Shown here one piece after another: positions 8,634-13,096 of a stretch of 13,096 nt of DNA. The DNA is from Azolla caroliniana. Lineage: Eukaryota > Plantae > Polypodiophyta. A program made the position numbers and the translations under genes. The notes beneath the pieces were generated by a model. That model had not been told where the DNA came from. It worked only from the letters and a program-made list of their open reading frames with translations, and did no database searches. Location: NCBI GenBank assembly GCA_043228905.1, contig JBHGNT010000996.1, positions 1-13,096 of the forward strand. Direction: 5' to 3'. Every line of letters starts with the position of its first letter. Position 1 is the first letter of the stretch.

Positions 8634-10296
8634 CTATTCTTCGTCCAAAATATCCAGAATGCTTTGTTCGAGAGTCTCCAATGGTTCATCTGGAATTGGT
8701 TTTTGTTGTTGTTGTTGTGGTTGCTGCTCCGTTGATGGCTGCTGCGATTGGTTCGTTGGTGGCTGTTGCGGCTGCTCCTCCGTTTGTTGCTCTGACACCG
8801 GCGTTACCGTCGTTGCTCCCTCCGTCGTAGTGGTCTCCGGTTGACTGGTTCCAGCATGGCCCTCGTTCGGCGACGGTTCCTCATCACTAAGGTTAACCGT
8901 TGCCACTTCCTGTGCTTTTTCTTCCCGAACCCGGGACCGCTCGTAGCTCTCAAACTGGATTTGAGCGTCCAGCCTATCATTGTCTAGCTGAGCTACGAGT
9001 TGCCGAACCTGCACCAGCTGTTCATCCGCCAGGACTTGGAAGTCTTCGGCCAATTCGTCCCGTATGGCGGTGAAGTCCTCGGAAGTCAACGTGTAACAAT
9101 CATCTCCTTCCTTCCGCCGGTTTTCCACGTCTGCCTGTACCAATTGGAGTTCCGCCGTATTTTGTGCCCACTTTGTCCACCATCTTACGGAGCTTTCGTC
9201 AGTCAAGCGTTTTGTCTGATTCAGCCATGCCCGGAGGATGAACTGAATCCGGCCCGTTCCCATCTGCGATTTGATCTCCGCAGCTTGCCGTTCCTCCTTC
9301 AATTGCTTGATGATTTTGACGTTGTCGTCAGCCTGCTCCTTGTAATGCGTTAATTGCCCTTGATATGTGCTTTGTAATTTTTGCAATACCGTTGTCTCTC
9401 TTTCCCTTTCTTCCTGCTGCTGACTCTGGAGCTCCATTCGGACCTTCTCCGCCTCGTCCAACCATCTTGTATTTTCCGCTCGTTCGTCGGCGAGCGCCGT
9501 CGCGACCCGATCAACTTCTTGCCAGAGCTCAGCCATCCGTTCCTTATGCTCTGTTTCCAGCCGTTTGTAGTCCCGGTGCAGGTGCTCAAAATCATCTGTC
9601 TTTTGCTTGAGTCGTACGTTGATCTGTCGACGGGCCCGGTCCTCGCGGTCCTTCTGCTAGCGGAGCTCCTCCTTTAGCCGTTCAATTTCCGTTTCCGCCG
9701 TCTTCCGCAGCTTGTCCTTTTCCTGCAGCACTTTGTCTTTTTCCTCCCTTAGCCGGTTGTACGCTTGATGGCCTTTTCGGAGGCTCTCCTCTGCCCGGCG
9801 GAGGTTCTCAGCAGTCTCGGCCTTCTTTGCCGTCTTTTCCTCTGACGATCTCGATCACCGCACACAAGCCGTCTGCGATCAATACCGGCCAATCCACCTT
9901 GATCCCTTCATAGGTGGTGATGATCATCCCCGCCCGGTTCTGCGGAATGACAGGGCGTCTAGGGTACACATGCCCGTATTCGTGGAGCACACGGGCAATC
10001 TCGCGGAACAGCATATCTCCTCCGCCCTACGTCCGGTAGCCCTTGCTAGCTAGGGAGTACTCACCAAAATACTTGATGAGTTGCTCCGAGGTCGGATTGT
10101 CGATCGTGAATATGCCTCCCTCTGGAAGGCCTGTTAACGCACGGATCGCCTCCTCCGTTATGACCTCTGTGTCGATTTCTTTGATCACCTTGTCAGCTTC
10201 TTTGTGTGGCGGTGCCTCCATAATCGTCAAGAAGCCCTCGAGCCCGTGTTGCTTTAGCCATTTCTTCACGGCTTCCGACAGCGTTTGCGGGTCCAT
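8634..10296 (-). pseudogene. Additional ORF of gypsy B: N-terminal globular region, long coiled coil, Q/P/T/E-rich tail; function unknown
   Basis: ORFs 10296-10027 and 10014-9808 are one frame broken by TAG; a frameshift or deletion near 9825 leads to the frame of ORF 9536-8634, open upstream except for TAG at 9659-9657. E/K/R/Q-rich heptad-like composition. Confidence 0.75.
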
Positions 10297-10619
10297 GTCT
10301 ATGTCGAGGTCGGATTGTGGTGGCGAGGTTGGATGGTGATGAGAGTGAGAGAGAGAGAGAGTTCAGAAAGTGGGGGTTCTCTGTGCGTAGGTTCTCGTCT
10401 GTTGATCTTCAAACGCCTTGGTGCTTCTGTGCTCCTGGGTTCGCGAAATGAGAGGCTCTTCATGCGTTGTGGTTTTTCTCTGTGCATTCTGGCGCCTTTT
10501 TCGAGCGTTGTGTACTAAAATAGCATTATGTCCTGTGGCGGCGCTTAAATGCCCACTACATACCTTTTTGCTCCTCGCTCTCTCGTCCGTTCATACCTCG
10601 CTTTTGCATGATTACTTCG

Positions 10620-10660
10620 TTTTTTTTTTGTTTTTTTTTTGTTTTTTTTTGTTTTTTTTT
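10620..10660. repeat. T-run tract (A-rich on the element strand) just after the integrase stop
   Basis: Four T runs of 9-10 nt separated by single Gs at 10630, 10641 and 10651. Confidence 0.9.
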
Positions 10661-10674
10661 AATGTAGTGTGAGG

Positions 10675-11563
10675 TTACTTGTCCGTTGGTCCTATCGAAC
10701 CCTTACCGGCCTCATTACGGTTTGTCGTCGCCTCATTCTCCCCAGTTACCGGCTTGCCGTCTCCTCCGTCTTGGTGGTTCCCGTTTCCCTCACAGGTTGC
10801 CGTTTCCGCACCGGTTCCCGATCTGGTGTCGGTCCTTTGCTCAAATGGGTTCTTGGGCATCGGTCCTCTATATGGCTTCAATCTGAATCCGTTGACCCAT
10901 TTGCCTAGCACTTCGCCGGCAAGTGTCCCTAACTGGTAGGACCCATTATACTCACGTGTCAGCCAATACAGGCGGGTCCATCTAAACCGTAGTTTACCCG
11001 GCATCTTGCCCATCCGGGTCTGAAATACTAACACCGGCTTGCTGATTTCGAACATTTTTTCATTTCCTTTCCTGTGCCGGTCGACAAATGCTTTCCTTCG
11101 CCGTTGTTCCAATTCTAAGTGCAGGATGCTTGCCAGTCATTGTTCCTCGAGTTCACACAGCGCTGTTAACCGTATTGCCTCCGACTCCTTCTCGTTCAGT
11201 CGTTCCCGTAGCTAGATCCGTAAGCTTGGTACTTGGAATTCCACCGGCATGACTGCCTCTAGTCCGAACGCTAACCGGAACGGTGTTGTTCGGATGCTCG
11301 TTTTGTATGTTGTCCGGTAATAATGCCCAAAGCGCGCTATGTAGCTTGGTATCCCAATCCGTTCGGTTTTCGTTGACAATCTTCCAGAGGATATTCTGGA
11401 GCGTTTTATTCGTCGACTCTGCTAACCCGTTTGCTTGCGGATAGTATGGTGTGCTCCGTTTATGGACAACGGCATAGAATGTCGTCAGGCTTTCAACTAC
11501 TTGGCCGAGAAAGTGCCCCCCTTGGTCGCTTATTAATTCGATTGGGCATCTGTAACGGCACCA
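10675..11563 (-). pseudogene. pol: Gypsy integrase, C-terminal part, disrupted
   Basis: WCRYRCPIELISDQGGHF, STPYYPQANGLAESTNK, DWDTKLHSALWA; 4-nt insertion TTAT (11323-11320) then YRTTYK..TPFRLAFG.EAVMP; two stops; GKLRFRWTRLY (decayed GPY/F) and VNGFRLKPY. Confidence 0.92.
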
Positions 11564-12173
11564 TCTGAAACCGGTCTTCCTCCGCCGGCAGTAGGAACCC
11601 GCCCCCACCGATTTTGAGCTCCCGGAGCGTCCCGTCGGTGAAGGTGTGTCCTATGCAGACCGGATCTCGTAAACTGGGGTCCGACGCAACCCCTCTGATT
11701 CGGGACTCGCTGCCCTCCGGTAAGGGTGCCGCGATTGGCCTTACCTTCCGGTCCACCGTCTTGTACTTCGTGCTAACCCGGGCCGTCCGATCCGGCCCGA
11801 GCCCTTGACTGAAGTTCGCGATGACTTCGTACATCTCTTCGGAACATACCGGTATCGTCCGGTCTTCGTTAAGGTCTTCTCCGGCTACCTCCCTCAGCAT
11901 TCCCAAGGTGTCGTCGAAGGAGACCGCCTCCACGGCTCCGCTGATTTCCTCGTCTGGGCCAAGAACTCCGCACGCTCGAAGTCGCTCCTCCGCCCTTGCC
12001 TTTTCTCGGCCAACGATGCCGACCATCACACACCCTCCGTCGTTGGAGAAGCAAAATTTCCTACCTATCGTACAAGGTTTCTTCGGTTTTGGTTCTATCA
12101 TACAGCTGTGGGGTCTTTCTCGAGTGTCCGGACTGCCTCGGTCCCACGCCTTGGCAGCCCTCTCTAAAAATCC
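11564..12173 (-). pseudogene. pol: N-terminal (pre-RT) part of pol in the -1 frame, truncated
   Basis: Open frame GFLERAAKAW...TKYKTVDRKVRPIAAPLPEG...IGHTFT..TLRELKIGGGGFLLPAEEDRF, ending at the junction with integrase B. Confidence 0.75.
12108..12173 (-). promoter_or_regulatory. Predicted -1 programmed ribosomal frameshift signal
   Basis: G GAT TTT TAG in the gag-pro frame, 6-nt spacer, stem GGGCTGCC/GGCAGTCC, loop GTGGG complementary to downstream CCCAC. Confidence 0.75.
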
Positions 12174-13096
12174 TCCCGGTTCTCGCCACCGAGGGATTCG
12201 CGGTTTCACTCGTGGTTCGGCCGCACCGTCAGAAATTGGACCGAATGGCGCCCGTCCTGGCTTTTGACCCTCGCGTAGGCCGAACCGTTGTCTAGCACCT
12301 TGGTCTCCATTCACGCCGCCGTGATGTATGGTTCCCCTAATATGACCGGATGCGAGGACATCTCCTGTACGAAGAAGTGCTGGTCAATCTCGACGTCGCC
12401 GATCTTGACTCGCACGTTCGGGCAGGCCCCGTGCAGTTCCTCGGTGGCGCGCGTCGCCGCCCGTATCTTCCACCCATGCTTGGTGTTGATCGGCCACTTT
12501 CCCTTCTTATAGAAGTCCATGGACATCAGGTTTATTTCCGAACCGTGGTCCACCAATGCCACCACCGGTTCCTGAACATCTCCGATCTTTACCGGGGTCT
12601 CCGTGGTCGCTCGGGCCCAATGTGGCCTCGAATAGTGGCTCTCCGCCCACTCATCTTCCAGCGCCAAGTCGTCGATGTGCGTCGTCCGCACCTCCACTGG
12701 TCTTTCCGGTTCTGTCTCCGTCGACAGCCTCTTCCGCTTCACCAAGTCCACAATGGAGTCGTGGAACTCCTTCTTAGCGATCCCTAGCACCTCCCGTAAT
12801 GACAGCTCCACTTTGCTGTCGAGGATCCGTTCTTCTAGGACCTTTCGTAGGTCCGTGGTCCTTTCTATTTCCGTCCCCAGTCGGTATCCGCCCTTCCTGG
12901 GGTTATCTTGCGCGTTGGACCCACCGGCATCGTTCCGTCGTTGCCCGAATCGGGTCTCGTATCGTGTTGAGGGCCCGGCCGCTCCGGCTTTCCCTACTCG
13001 TTTGTCTTCTACCAGAGCCTCGTAGTTCCGGCAGGCGGCTTCTACGAAGCCCGTCTTCTCCTCGACCGGGTCGCTCCACCCGGTTATTTCCAGGAC
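12164..13096 (-). pseudogene. gag: Gag C-terminus (DUF4100-like) fused in frame to aspartic protease; two premature TGA
   Basis: VLEITGWSDPV...YRLGTEIERTTDLRKVLEERILDSKVELSLREVLGIAKKEFH; protease ALVDHGSEINLM...VILGEPY; TGA at 12313-12311 and 12208-12206; likely natural TAG at 12166-12164. Confidence 0.88.

Larger units (their letters stand above)
8211..11563 (-). mobile_element. Ty3/gypsy element B (non-chromovirus, Athila/Tat-like), 3' part: integrase, extra ORF, 3' LTR
   Basis: Integrase core and C-terminus, A-rich spacer, sense-strand additional ORF and LTR, all collinear on the minus strand. Confidence 0.87.
11564..13096 (-). mobile_element. Ty3/gypsy element E: gag C-terminus, protease, pre-RT pol region; probably same lineage as element A
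   Basis: Open frame from the window edge, retropepsin motif and YKTVDRKVRPIAAPLP segment. Lineage link to A is inferred from family recognition, since the two share no overlapping region here. Confidence 0.85.

Noticed and set aside
8563-8844. Cys-rich metallothionein-like ORF (CCCCCGCC)
   Set aside because: Antisense reading of the CAA/CAG-rich tail of the extra ORF.
8634-9536. Host myosin/SMC-like gene or retroviral env
   Set aside because: Intronless, collinear with integrase and LTR, only generic coiled-coil composition, no signal peptide or transmembrane segment visible.
11153-12314. ORFs 11153..11608 and 11493..12314 as intact genes
   Set aside because: Both cross the E/B junction and start or end out of frame; they are composites of pol fragments.

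Overview
Eukaryotic, most likely land-plant, heterochromatin made almost entirely of nested, decayed LTR retrotransposons. No host gene is supported. Left to right: the 3' half of a Ty3/gypsy element (RT-RNaseH-integrase, PPT, 704-bp LTR; +) inserted into the RT of a Ty1/copia element (+; LTR with a 40-bp tandem array). That copia abuts the gag of a second gypsy (-), which is itself inserted into the protease of an old copia gag-pro fragment (-). Then come a diverged gypsy LTR, a truncated copia LTR, about 1 kb of unassigned repeat-like DNA, and a non-chromovirus-like gypsy (-) with integrase, an extra coiled-coil ORF and a 3' LTR, fused without an LTR to the gag-pro-pol start of another gypsy (-). 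The most unusual signal is at 8581-8597: where the polypurine tract should be, this gypsy carries an inverted tRNA primer-binding site, suggesting tRNA priming of both cDNA strands. Also notable are a complete-looking -1 ribosomal frameshift cassette (G GAU UUU plus a pseudoknot) and a tRNA-like Pol III module inside an LTR family. All calls come from reading the sequence by eye; no database searches were run.
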